A stretch of DNA of 64,000 bases from Lingula anatina (GCA_051362555.1 CM120641.1:18352001-18416000), one strand, 5' to 3'. Counted from the first letter of the stretch, positions 36,472 to 50,255 are shown. The notes: generated from the sequence alone by a model not told the origin. Numbers and translations: made by a program.

Positions 36472-39239
36472 TTTGTACCACCAGCGTTAGCGCTGGCGGT
36501 ACACATGGTTTCGGTCCCGTCCGGATCGTTCCGCCGGCTCCGCCGGCTCCGTTGGCTCCGCCGGACGGCTACCGTTACCGCTTCTCCTCCTAGACGGTAA
36601 GGGCCCCCGTACCCATCTCATGGATTTAGGTCACCTATAATCTCAACTCGTTCCACGTAAAATTTGGGCTTTGTCGGTATTGGGGTCTGGGTGTGGCACT
36701 CATTGCAATGCACCCTTGTCTAAAAATGGCAAAATTAAATGCTAATTATCTACCCTACGGAAGGAGTTATGGGAAAAATTTCTATAGACGGCTTTCCAAA
36801 AGTCATATGTGTAGATTTCAAATATACCCTTGGATTTGACCTTTGACCTTTACTTCAAGGTCAAATGGGCCAAAATTTTCAAAAAAATGAAATTTTTTAC
36901 GAAAAAAATTTTTTTTGCCCTGTTATTCAGACACCACACAGACTTAACCAATAATATTATTGGAAGGTGTTACCCTTCAGGTCATCTTTCATCTCCATGA
37001 ATTTGGGGTCAATCGGTGCATTTTCACGGGAGTAGCGGCCATAAGATACCGAAACTGAAAACTGTCTCTAATTCGGGAACCGTTAATGCTAGAGACCCAT
37101 TCTTTTTTGCATTTTGTAGAGCATGTAAAGCCCAACACTGGAGGTGGTCTCGGTTTTTTTGTATTCCATACGGTTTTCGAGTTACGCTGTATCAAAAAGT
37201 ACATATTGGTGGTAAAAGCAAAATGTGCAGTACGGTAATGGATAATAAATTTTGAACTCTGGAAAAATAAAACATAAGGCTTGGCAAAGCAGACAACTTG
37301 TGTTCAAAAATGACATTATTTCATCAAATTTGAACTTCTGAAACTTCAGAGCACCTCCTATTTTAAGAATTTTGACCAAAATGACATTTTCTTTATTTTA
37401 ATTAATTTTTTCTGTACGAAATTTAAGGCACATTATGGTAACTCCAAAATTATAACATTTAGTCCCTTATATCTCCAAAACTGGCAGAGATAGGTCCATA
37501 GTTACTATTGAAGTTGAATAGGAAGTCATATACTGGCAATCTTACTATGACCTTGAAAGTGACCTTTGACCTACTTTTCACCATGAACTGAACTTTGCAA
37601 ATTTTTCTTCCCTTTTATCTCCAAAACTGGCAGAGATAGGTCCATAGTTACTATTGAACTTGAATAGGAAGTCATATACTGGCAATCTTACTATGACCTT
37701 GAAAGTGACCTTTGACCTACTTTTCACCATGAACTGAACTTTGCAAATTTTTCTTCCCTTTTATCTCCAAAACTGGCAGAGATAGGTCCATAGTTACTAT
37801 TGAACTTGAATAGGAAGTCATATACTGGCAATCTTAATGTGACCTTAAAATTGACCTTTGACCTACTTTTCACCATAAACTGAATTTTGCAAAATTTGCT
37901 TCCCTTTTATCTCCAAAACTGGCAGAGATAGGTCCATAGTTACTATTGAACTTGAATAGGAAGTCATATACTGGCAATCAAAATGTGACCTTAAAATTGA
38001 CCTTTGACCTTCTTTACACCATAAACTGAATTTTGCAAAATTTGCTTCCCTTTTATCTCCAAAACTGGCAGAGATAGGTCCATAGTTACTATTGAACTTG
38101 AATAGGAAGTCATATACTGGCAATCAAAATGTGACCTTAAAATTGACCTTTGACCTACTTTACACCATGAACTGAATTTTGCAAATTTTGCTTTCCTTTT
38201 ATCTCCAAAACTGGCTGAGATAGGTCCGTAGTTACTATTGAACTTGAATAGGAAGTCATATACTGGCAATTTAAATGTGACCTCAAAATTGACCTTTGAC
38301 CTACTTTTCACCATAAACTGAACTTTGCAAATTTTGCTTTCCTTTTATCTCCAAAACTGGCTGAGATAGGTCCGTAGTTACTATTGAACTTGAATAGGAA
38401 GTCATATACTGGCAATCTAAATGTGACCTCAAAATTGACCTTTGACCTACTTTTCACCATAAACTGAACTTTGCAAATTTTGCTTCCCTTTTATCTCCAA
38501 AACTGGCAGAGATAGGTCCATAGTTACTATTGAACTTGAATAGGAAGTCATATACTGGCAATCTAAATGTGACCTTGAAATTGACCTTTAACCTACTTTT
38601 CACCATGAACTGAATTTTGCAAATTTTGCTTCCCTATTATCTCCAAAACTGGCTGAGATAGGTCCATAGTTACTATTGAACTTGAATAGGAAGTCATATA
38701 CTGGCAATCCAAATGTGACCTTGAAATTGACCTTTGACCTACTTTACACCATAAACTGAATTTTGCAAATTTTGCTTTCCTTTTATCTCCAAAACTGGCT
38801 GAGATAGGTCCGTAGTTACTATTGAACTTGAATAGGAAGTCATATACTGGCATTATAAATGTGACATTAAAATTGACCTTTGTCCTACTTTTCACCATAA
38901 ACTGAACTTTGCAAATTTTGCTTCCCTTTTATCTCCAAAACTGGCAGAGATAGGTCCATAGTTACTATTGAACTTGAATAGGAAGTCATATACTGGCAAT
39001 TTACTGTGACCTTGAAATTGACCCTTGACCTACCTTACGAAGAACTTAAATTTGATTGTACCATATATATTTTTTGCAATAGTTTAAAAATTCTTGTTGA
39101 TTGCATTTTTACAGCTTGTCAAGCACAAAACTGGTGGCTGTGTCCCTTATTTTGTGTATGTGGGGGTCTATACGAATGCGCTTGCTCCAGCTGGTGGTAC
39201 AATATTCGGAGGCGGTATCGCCTCTCTGATCCTCTAGTT
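36472..39239 (+). mobile_element. Non-autonomous Helentron/HINE (DINE-1-like) element with internal satellite array
   Basis: subTIR ttgtaccaccagc (36473) / gctggtggtacaa (39190-39202); partial IR at 36492-36503; GC-rich short repeats; 3' hairpin gaggcg-gtat-cgcctc (39209-39224); CTAG-TT end. Confidence 0.8.
37471..39033 (+). repeat. Tandem array of 146-bp units, ~10.7 copies
   Basis: atctccaaaactgg recurs at 37471, 37617, 37763, 37909, 38055, 38201, 38347, 38493, 38639, 38785 and 38931. Confidence 0.97.
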
Positions 39240-41498
39240 AAAAATGCGTTTAAAGTCAATTTTTCTCCACAAAACTCAACTGCTGAACAAGAGATTATGA
39301 CTTGACATGTTCACTTTTTTTTAAATTTTGTATAAGAAACTAATAGAAGTGGTTTATTTGCATTACTGGAAGTCCATGCTCACTTTATATGTAACTTTTA
39401 ATTTTTACAGCTTTAAGCTCCATCCTGTGTATACAGGTATTTGTAAGGTCATGGACATTGCTAGGTAAATGACCTATCTGAACCAAAATAACAGTTTAGT
39501 GAAAATGACTGAAGGAATATATATATATGTGCTGAGAATTAACCCCCAATCCTCGCATGGACAGGATAAATAATTTGATGGACATTCCATCATTTTTTGG
39601 ATAAATACATTTAACACGTAGTGGTAACCAAAAACTAAAAATATGGAAGAACATGCCAAATATAATCTATGTTGAGAGTATTGAGATGGCAGGTGTGAGA
39701 GAAAGAGAGATACATAAGTTACACTCAAATATGCATGTTGAACACAGCTTGATGTGGTACATTTTAGGTGAGGTAGCCACTGAGACATTATTAGCTGGTT
39801 GGGAGCAGAGATTCTTTAGGTGCAGGGGGGGGGGATACTTTGATGGTAAGGTACTACATATACCTTTCCCCTTGTATGTTTGGTTAAAAGGTAATTGGGG
39901 GGAGGGGGAAGTCTTGTCTTCATACTATGTATTTCAGTTACAATATGTGTCACAATATTTGCTTGAACTTTCATATTTTAGGAGAATTTTAAGTGGCACA
40001 TTTATCCTGATAACAGCACGTAAACGTCCCTTTAGATCTGAAAGATGAATAACATGTATTTAATAGGTTTACTTTGTGAGGCATTTGATTGCGTTAAAAC
40101 TGATCAACTTGCATGCTTCTTGTTCATGTACATTTAATAACTATATGTATAATATATAAAGAACTCGTGTTTTTGCATATATATGACTTCTCAATTAGTT
40201 CATGACAAAAATGCTTGTTGACTAGCAAGATATTGTATGTCTAGGTAGGTGGATTGCATGTTTCTCTGAAATTGGGAGAGAGAGACAGATATATCATTTC
40301 CATCACTGCAGATTAGATATCTAGGAGCCATTTTTTTTTCTTGGAAACCAGCCCTCTTATTATTTAGCATGGACTAAAATTTCTTTCTTTTGTTGTTAAA
40401 TGTCATCAGATTCAGTAAAGCAAACAAACAAAGGTTCCACAAGGTACAGTTTCCTAACAAAACAAAAAGCAAGTGTCAGTTTCTGTAAAATGTAATGTGA
40501 CAAGTAGTTTTTTGTAGTTAGTCATTCAGAAACTGGGATTAGTACAAAATCAAGATCTGCAGCACTCATTATACATTGTCTAGATAACCGTGTTTGATAT
40601 TCCAGCATATTAGACAAAAATTCTGAAATAGATAAAAGTTAATTTTACTTCCTTATGGCTACCCTTTGGGTGTTCTATCCAATTAGGCAGACAGCAGATG
40701 AAGCTTTCATTAACAGAATGAATTGGTCAGTACATATCTAAAAGGCTGTGACATTTGGTTGAGCACAGCAATTAAAACAGAGTATGTACATTAACAAAAT
40801 AAGCAAGTCTTTTACAGTAACAAGCACTGGCAAATTTAATTTTCTTGTATATTTGCTTGCTGTCAAAGCCCAATTGATAGACTAGTACTTTATCTGCAAG
40901 CTTCTGCTACTGATATTTCCTTTGTAGAATCAGCTATGTTTGATCGATACTGAAATGTCATTCAAAGCATTGATGTTCAGTGCATTTTCTCCTTGCTTCA
41001 CTGATGATGATGTGGTGTGATAATAAGCATGCATATAAAGATTCAAGATGCTAGTTTGGAATTTAACATTTTTTTTTGTTTAATTCCATGGTACAGAGCA
41101 ATGCCCTGATAGTTTTCTCTTAATCAGACATTGAAAATTGTATAGGATTATGTATGATCACTCAGACTTCAAATGTAAACTAACCATAATTTTTTGTTGA
41201 TTTTATGGATGTTCATTTCGTGTAGGTAAGAAGGCGTAGGCATGATACAAGCATTGATATTAAATTATTTACCTGTATTTGTCTCAAACTGTACACGTAA
41301 ACATGTATAAACACCATGTCTGTCAAACTGAGTAAAACCACATCAGGATGGATTTTCATATACGCAGGCTGTTAATTGAAAAAAAATTCATGAGCTAGGT
41401 TACAGTAGAGATGTGTCACATAGTAATTATTATACATATTTCTTGTCCAGTTTATGATTGATCTGTGAGAAAAACTGCAGTGCGTGGATCCCTCCCTC

Positions 41499-41534
<36 letters not shown>

Positions 41535-43657
41535 TAATTGGGGATTAAGATTATGGATAGTACACTGCTTCATTTGAATTTGTATCGGCTAATAAGACAT
41601 CCAATTAAGGAATGCATGGCATATAGACCTATGGCATTAAGATCATTATGCTCTTGTTGTATTATGATAATGTTTTTAGCCAGCGTAAGGAAAACATTGG
41701 ACATAAATGTTTGAATTTCAGCAGGTCTAGGGAGGGGATGTTATAAAGCACCACTCTTTTGGTTAAAAAGGCCTGTTCTCAATTCATAGTAAAAACTTTA
41801 AAGATTTAGTTTCTGTGTCTTTTTGCAAGTTTTATATTTACTAAAAAGGTTCACATTATCCCCCAAAAAAACTCTTCAGAATTGATTCCTGCAGGTCTGT
41901 TATGAAGTAGTGTTTTCTCTGTCTCTATACCCATACTACCCATACTTTCTTCCCTTTTAAGTAATCATTTTTTTCTTTTAAGTAACCTCTCTTCACCCCA
42001 CCTTCCCACCTCCTCCCTGTCACCATTACCCATTTGTGATCATGTCAAGAGATGTTGAACAATGAAATCGTGGGATAAAGTCAATACTGAGAATGGCAGA
42101 CATACACATGTATCTCTCAATTTGTTCTAGGTGTAGAACAACGGGCCCTCTCTAGCAGCGGGCGAAGTACAGCTGTTTTTAGACTAATTGCAGGAAGAAC
42201 ATTGTTTGATTACAATTAAACATCTAACCCATACTGGGAACCTGTAATTTCCACTTCAGTATTCCATAGCCTGTGGGTGCAAATAAACTGTCTACTTTCA
42301 ATAGTTATTAGTTTTAATACAGTATTTTGTAAACGTGTAGCTGGATGGGGATTCAGCAGTCACATTTTCTTCGGAATTGCTTGCCTTCGCTGTTAGTTAA
42401 TGCACCCAGTCTGTGGAAGATTGGATTTCCTCTTGACGCAAATGATTGGGATTACGACTATTTTCTTCTCATACCTGTGGTTCACATTTGTACTTCAGAA
42501 TGGAGGCTCTAGGAGTTCACATGCTACCATGTTTAATTTTATACAATGCCCAAGTAAAGCTAAGGATGATTTAGTGAAAAAATGTCGTTGACTTAGTTCT
42601 GGAAGATGATTTGGCTTACACCAAAACAAAACTGCTGTAAGCCTCTAGAGGAGTTCAAGGTCTCTTGTATTGTTTTATATGGAATTCATCATTCTATGTA
42701 CCCCCCTCCCTGAATTATTGCTCATCCATTCTTGTGTCAAGTTTGAAAACTGAGGTATGTCATTCTGGTCAAATCATCAAGAATAAATCTGAGTTTGGTA
42801 ACAGCTCTCCCATTAGGAATATCTTGCCCCTTGCAGACTCTTTAAGTACACCTGTGATGTAGAAGATAGGTATTGATATATTATGTGCGTCTGTGAAGTT
42901 CCTGCTCATGTACATTTTCTTTAGTTATGTATGAAGTCCAGCAGTTGCTGAAAGCTATCCATTTTAGTGTTATGTGCTGATTGTATCTAGGGGGTAGAAA
43001 ATACCATCCAGGTTTTCTGGAACAAGAAATGTCTTTATCAGTGTTTTTGTCTATTCTTTATAAGTCTTGAAATACATACAACAAAATTATTTCAATGAAT
43101 ATGACTTTAATTAATTAATTCATCAATTTATTATTTTGGCATTGGAAATTTATCTCTTATCCATTAATAGTCCTAAATCGGCACCTCATAGAACCTCTGC
43201 TATTGCGTTCTGTTAAAAATAACCTGAAAATTTATGTATTCTGAGTTATTTGACAGCAGTGTATATGTAATTGACTGTTTTTACTTAGCCGAGTTTCTGT
43301 AATGACCTAGAATTCCGCTTATTCATCACAAACCCATCAAGGAATTTGCATCTTCAGAATGTTTTCATCATTTCCTATAATGTGAATTTTGTTTGAGTAA
43401 TGAATTGGCTATTTCATTTCCTGTGTATTTTTACCTAAGAATTGCCTCAAAGGTTTCTTTTGCCACTAATTAGATGGGTTGTAATTGGACTCTACATACC
43501 TGGATAGTTTTTTATTTAAAATCTTTCTTAAGATACTCAAGTACTAGCCAGATGTGTGTGTGCGCACATGTGCATGTGTGTGTGTATGTTTATAGGCTAT
43601 ATATAATATTAATAAAGAAAAAAGTGATTAATTTAATTTTGTCATTTTAAATTTCAG

Positions 43658-43758
43658 GAAATTTATCAGCGTTCCAATTATTGATGGAGAAGAATATGAG
43701 AAAAATGTGTTTTTTAGCCTGGTGCTGGAAGAACCTCAAGTGGTCAGAAGAGGATCAG
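43658..43758 (+). CDS. SLC8A1: NCX CBD2 exon, equivalent to vertebrate mutually exclusive exon A/B
   Basis: tttcag| ... |gtgagc; (E)KFISVPIIDGEEYEKNVFFSLVLEEPQVVRRGS(G); phase 2 to 1 fits the upstream exon. Confidence 0.95.
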
Positions 43759-46700
43759 GTGAGCCAATCTGATTTCTTCTTACAAGTTTTCAATAAACTC
43801 TAGAATAAAAAGTAATTTTGAGCCTTCTCAAGTTATTTCTCAATTCAAGCTCCTTTTCAAAGTGGTAATGCTAATAAATGAAGTATATAATTGAGCTGAA
43901 TCATTTCAAGAGGATACATTATACCAAAAATAAGTTCTTGGTGAGGGGCCCAAGGGGCAACTTTTTTTTTCTTTACCCTAGACTAATTCCGCGCCCTTTT
44001 GAACATATTGTCAGACCTTTAATGCAATCTTCAATCTCTTTTAATTAGAGAAAATGACTTTGCTCACACACTATTTTATGTTGAACTTTAGCTGTAAAAG
44101 GACAATTAATTGTCTAATTTAATCCAACTTGTTGGCCAAGCGTCAAGAATTTCCTTCCACATTGTGGTTTGCTATCAAATCAATCTGAGATCTTGGCAAG
44201 ATGTACCAAGAAAAACAATAGCTGGGACTTGCTGCACCATCAATGCCCACTTGTTAAGGATGATGAAATTGCCACCTTGGGACCAATAATGCTGATGGAA
44301 ATGATATACAACCACTTTGTTACAATAGCATGTCTCTCTTTTGTAAACCACAAGTCCATAACATGTTGAACTGAGTATTTTCTTCTTTTTTATGGACAGG
44401 CACTCTGTCTGGACATAGAGCCATCACCTGTGACTGTTTTCACATTAAGCATTGCTGCTGCAGTGCACTTTTTGCTGGTAAACACTATAAAAGGAAAATC
44501 ATGATCCTTTTTATTCTCAAATGTACAGAGATGATTCATTGGAGTAAAATACATGCTGACTACCAAAACTAGCCTGATTTGTGTATTTTTTAAAAGTTTA
44601 TGAAGTCTTTTGTTGATTTTTTTTCACAAGTTAGCATTTTCAACGTGTGACTTGGAATTTACATGGGTATGAAGCCTTTTACCTAGGTAGTTACATTTTC
44701 TATGGTAGTTACATTTTTTTTATTTCCACAGTAACAGTAATACACAATTAAAATTATTTAATTTTGCATAAAAAACATTTTATGCACTTTTGTGGCAATA
44801 AATAAAAATAAGGATTGCTCATTTTTTAGACTGTTTTAATATCACTACTTTTATCAGTTTTATCATTTATTTGTCTGTCCATTTGACAGCTTTGCTGCCT
44901 TGTTCATATTCAGCATGACTCCTAAACCTTTTGTCATTTCTCATTGAATTGGCTGCTTTTAAGACAGTCCTTTTCTCCTATCAGTCCTTGAAATTCAGCT
45001 GGTGAATAACTTTACCTCTATTAAAAGATTTACTCTTAGCTATGTAATTTGATCAAAAATGAATCAATATAACTTAATATTATTTGCATGTATGAATATT
45101 CCAGCATTTATAGAATTCTGACGATCTTTTTATCCCTTCTCTAGTGACCAGCATCTCTTGGTGATTTAAAAATACTGCGAAGGATCCTAAAACGGACAGT
45201 TTCATTGGAGGCATTTGTTCACACCTGAACTAAATTAAAGGGGGTTGGTTATATTTAGACTGACAGCATTATACAAGAACCCTCACCCCCCTTTCACCCT
45301 ATCCCTTTCCTCAAATTTTTATTGTAGCTCACATGTATAGCAGACCTGTTTATCTATTGATGCCTTATTTTCAGTCTTTTGTTAACTGTAGTTTGAACAG
45401 AGTTACCCTGTTGGTTTTATGAGATTCATCATTGATTATTTTTCTTAAGCTGGGATTGCCACGCAGAAGAAATAAGCTGACTTTCCTATGTGTAGTGCTC
45501 TATTATGCCAGTGACCCTGTGGTGTTTTTGGTTCCAAGAATTTTTGTTAGAACACATATTCATGTACATCTTCGATGTGTATATTTGTTATTTCTTTCTT
45601 TAGGGAGTTCACTTGGAAATCAGATTTATCCATCTCTTTGACATTTATCTCATGGGAATTTCATTTTGAAACCATGTCTTTTAAAGTGTATTTTGACTCG
45701 ATTTACCTTGGCTGTATAGTATCTTAATGGATGCTGCCTTACTATTTTGACTTACACTTACGTACCTGATTTTGCAGGAAAATATGAATTGGAAGCTCTG
45801 GTATTAATTCTCATTACTCAAAACTCTTTTTGTTTCTTTGTTTTTTGTTTCCCATTTGTTTCTGTTTTTCTTTTTTTTCACCATTTATCTAGAACATTAA
45901 TCACTGTTATGTTGCAGACATGCCTTTCCATTATACTTATTCCAGCTAATGCCAGGTTATTTCTTGGTCAATACACAGAGGCGAAGTGTTTCTGCGATCC
46001 ACATATTTGTACAATATACCTGAGATTCTAGGTCTGTTTGTATAGATTTGAAAGCTACAGACCAATGAAGAGTATTTTAATACAAAAATAGCTTCTTTTC
46101 ACTGTTTTATAAAATTTACATTTGTATTTACATCCTTGTATTTTGTATGTTTGGGTTGTATACGTATGTGTGTGTGCATGCATGCATGCGTGCGTGCATG
46201 CGTGTGTGTGTGTAAAGGAGAGTGATGGGATAAAATAAGGAGGGAGAAAGGTTTCAAGGGTAATGGAACTAATGAGAGAGATAAAGCGATATAAGATGTT
46301 ATTTACCCATCTGTATATGTTCAACTGAATATAGAGACCATTAAAGGTACTTGCTTCTGGTGATAGAATATCATATAGAAGGGTAAATACCAGCCAGGTG
46401 CAGCAAGACTGATTGAAAATAACTGTAATTGCATTGAAAATACCTTATGTTTTCATTTTGAGAGTGCTAGGGGGTTGTATGGTATCTCACCTATGCCAGA
46501 AATTGAAATTAAGATTCTATGCGATTAGGCTCAAGGTAGTTGTAATGGGCTGGTTTTCTAGCTGTGGCTACCTGCTGGTCAGCTAGCATCTTCTGACCAG
46601 AGGAATATTGACGCTAAGGAGGAACAGCATGATCATATTACCTTTAACTTAATGTAAGGTTCATGGACACAAAAAATGCCTCCGCCATTAGGAATTTATA

Positions 46701-48272
46701 CTATTGATATATACAGGATAAAAGAAGCGTTTCTTATTTGCACATGAATTGCCTCTCTCGTTTTTACTTTCCATATGAGTCACTTCTGTAACTTAAGTTC
46801 TTTTTAGCCCTTTTTGTCACTTACAGTGTATCCTCCATTTGAAGTTAAAAAATATACTGAAAAAACATTTCTATTATTTTTTAAAGCTGTTTTTATTTTT
46901 GTTCATTCAAGTTTAGTTTTTTTCTTAAATATTTCTGCCTAAAGCTAGAACAAGCCAAATTGCTTTGAAACAGAATTTGTAGCAGGTATTTGTTGATCTC
47001 TTGGGTCGACTAATTCAAGTCTGACTGAAAGACACCTGTCTAAGCAGCCAACGTGATGGCACCAATCCAGGAAATAACACCCAGTTTGGAGAGTCCAATG
47101 AGTCCCAGCAATGCCATTTCCATTGTTCGTTAAGCTTAGAATGAAAAAATCAATTTACTGAGATACTAATTTCTTTTTTTATAGGTTATGTCCATTACTT
47201 TTGCCATTTAGTGTTGTTAATGTTAAAATGGTGACGAATTGTGAAACATGGTGTGCTATTTCAGCACCACTTATAGTGATGATGTGATAGGAACTTTGGT
47301 GAGTTCTCAATTGCCACTGTAGTGAAAATCATTTGTTGGTCCATTTACTATAAATATATTTTTGTGTTTTATTTTTTTGAAGTAAGTATCTTGTTAAGGA
47401 TATATTTAGGTGGTGAAAGTGAGATAGGCTGTAGCAATTCCTGTAAGCTGTTCTGCACAGAGAATAATGGAATGCTTTTGTGCAGCAATTTCTGTGAAGA
47501 TTTGGTGCCAGGGAATGATTTTAGGGTATTCTTTTCTAACATCAGTCTAATCTGCTCTTTGCAGCTGCTTCAAGATATACAATGTCATCACAGAGAATTG
47601 TGGTACATGCTGTCAATTCAGTTCAATTCCTTATTAGAAGAGACCTTTGAGAACAAGAGAGTTAAATGCATTCAGGAACAAGAAAATCTTCTCCTTTATT
47701 TTTCTTTTATAAAACTTGATATCAACAATTACATTTGCTGCCTTAAGTATTTAGTTGTGGTATTCAAGGTGTTACTCTTAATCTCTAAATCTGAAAAAGG
47801 CAATTTTGAACTTTAAGTATGATTGGCCTGGTATTTAAATACAGGTCCTTGTGGAGCTTTTTGAAGGTACTTTGTCTGTCAGGGAAGCCATACACAACTA
47901 GATGCACATCCATTTTTTTGATGAAAATATTAAGTATTTTTCACTCAAATACCTTATGAGTCTGGTCATTTCTAACCCCACTTTTTCAGAATTGCCAGTC
48001 ATTGTGTCAAGTCATTCACTAGACAAGTTTTATTTCTGAGATTTTTTGTGCTTATTCTTTCTAGATTGAAAATGTTTTTTATTTATTTATTTTATTTCAT
48101 TTTTTAGAATATAGTTGCAGATCCAGACATTTAAGATATTCACTGTAGTTATCAACTCTGACACTCTTCCAATAACAATGGAAATCATCTGAGATGGCTT
48201 AAAATGAGGCTGTAGGCACCAAATGGTCAGAAAAATGGGTGTGCATCTATATCCCAAGAGTTGGCTTTTTGT

Positions 48273-48515
48273 AGGGTCATCTATTAGGAAGGTCCGCTAT
48301 TCTGAGGGTCCAATATTCTGAGGGTCCACTATTCTTAATGTAAAGATAGAGCACAAACAGCTGAAAGATAGCAAATTCAATGCATTTCTTTGACATGGAG
48401 GTTAGTACCCTGATTAACTAATATAATTCCTTTAAGCACAGATATTGCATCAATAACCTTTTATTTGGAATAGTGGACCTTGGGAATAGTGGACATTCAG
48501 AATTGTGGACCCTCT
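48273..48515. mobile_element. Degenerate MITE with reiterated subterminal motifs
   Basis: Three ggtccRMtattct motifs on the left, mirrored by gaataGtggac-type motifs on the right. Confidence 0.6.
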
Positions 48516-50255
48516 ACCCCATGGAATACCCTCAGAACAGTGCTCGATTTCTGATCAAAGCTACTTTAGTCTTTAAAATTGCAGACTCTCTGAACAGCGG
48601 AATATAGGAATGCCTCCCCAGAAAACGTGAGAATCTGTGTGAGGGGAGGCTTATCTTTTAGCAATAAGAGTGAAACTATGCATGGAGATTGCTAAGAAAG
48701 CTATACTTATATAACACAGAAATGATGATGAATACATGCTGTTGTGCAAAAGAGTGTCATTCCACAGAACTTGGGGCAAAGCTGCCCTAAAAATATCTGT
48801 GGATAAATTCTGTCAGTGCACTTGCCTACCAAACCACCCTAAAAATATCTGTGGGTAAATTCTGTCAGCTCTCTTGCCTGCCGTTATTTCTGACCCCACT
48901 TTCCTCCGTATCCCTCAACATTTGCAAACTTATGGACTATCTTGGATGATTTCGATTGGAAGTTAAAATATACAATAAAAGAGTTTCGGAAAAAGCTAAT
49001 CTGAGAAAAGAAGCCATATTAATCTAAAGTTAAAAGACACATGAAAGTCTTTAGATAATCTTCGAAAGACCTAGGAGGCCATTAAGTCAACCAATACAGA
49101 AATGGAATATTCAATCCACTCAAGCCATAGAGCAATATAACAGTGCCATAATTTACATGACAGCCTCTATCATACTGATAGCTTACAGATTAATAACCTA
49201 CATATTTTGCAATTGTTAGAATTCAAAGATAGTTGTCACTTTATCAATAATATAAATGGTTGGCAAGATTGATTCCATAACTGGCATGATCTTTGCCTCT
49301 TGAAAATATTATATCCTATATTTCTGTATGATGATACTTGTTATGCCATTGTTATCGTGGTAATTGAGTTATGTAATTACTTTTGTCCTTTCAAAAATTT
49401 GAATGTACATCATTATTAAGAAATGAACATCAAAGATTGATATTTATTTCCGAAGTTATCCCATTAAGATAAGGGAAACCTCTTTTAAACTCAGGTGTAG
49501 CATTCATTTTGTTGGTTCTAATTTTCTCTTATTAATGGGTCTTTCAGATGAATGAATAGAATTATTTATTCTAATAGCTGGTGCATACTTTCTGTCAGCA
49601 AGTGTTATACAGTTGAGCTGATAATGTGGCAATCATGGTAAAACCTCAAAATGATGTAATATTTTAGAAGTTGGAGATTTTCAATGTTTTAATTAATGAG
49701 AAGCAGTTGGTAAGATGGTGATGTGAAATTGAACAGTTTTATTCCATATGATAAAAGTGATTTGTCATTTTGCCCTCAGTTTGGGCATAATTTTGATCTT
49801 TTGGGAAAAGTTAAAAAAAAAAAAGAAAAAAAAAGGTATCAGTGTATCAATTCTTTGGTCTATTTCATGGTGTTTTTTTTTATGAAAGAAAAATCTGGTC
49901 TTCAGTCAGTGTGTTTTATTAATTTGTAAGACTTTATTAGTCACTGGACCTTGCCAGTTGTCCTTTTGTGTTCCTATTAACAAGTTCAAAGTGATTGAAT
50001 GTACGCAGTTCAGATGGCACATCAAACCAAATGTATCGATAAAATTGCTTAAAAAGCAATGGCTGGGCAGAGATAAGCAGTTACTATGGTTTAAAGGTTA
50101 GAGAGTGGTTATCCGAGCAGAAAATGTAAAATACCATCATATTGTTGATTATGATTATAATGTTAAGGTTTATCTTATTTATGCAGTTGTGGAAAAATAA
50201 AATTTAAGAAAAATGTCACTCCAAGTGAGCTGCATAAACAAAAGGTGCTATTATA

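Noticed and set aside
36212-36593. ORFs with (YI)n
   Set aside because: Translation of the TA microsatellite and the element end
37471-39033. CRISPR-like regularity and repeated minus-strand ORFs
   Set aside because: No unique spacers or cas genes, eukaryotic context; the ORFs are translations of the satellite
42140-42165. CTCF-like motif
   Set aside because: Spacing does not fit the core consensus
47322-47816. 164-aa intronic ORF
   Set aside because: GTG start, composition typical of AT-rich intron, no motif or supporting splice pattern
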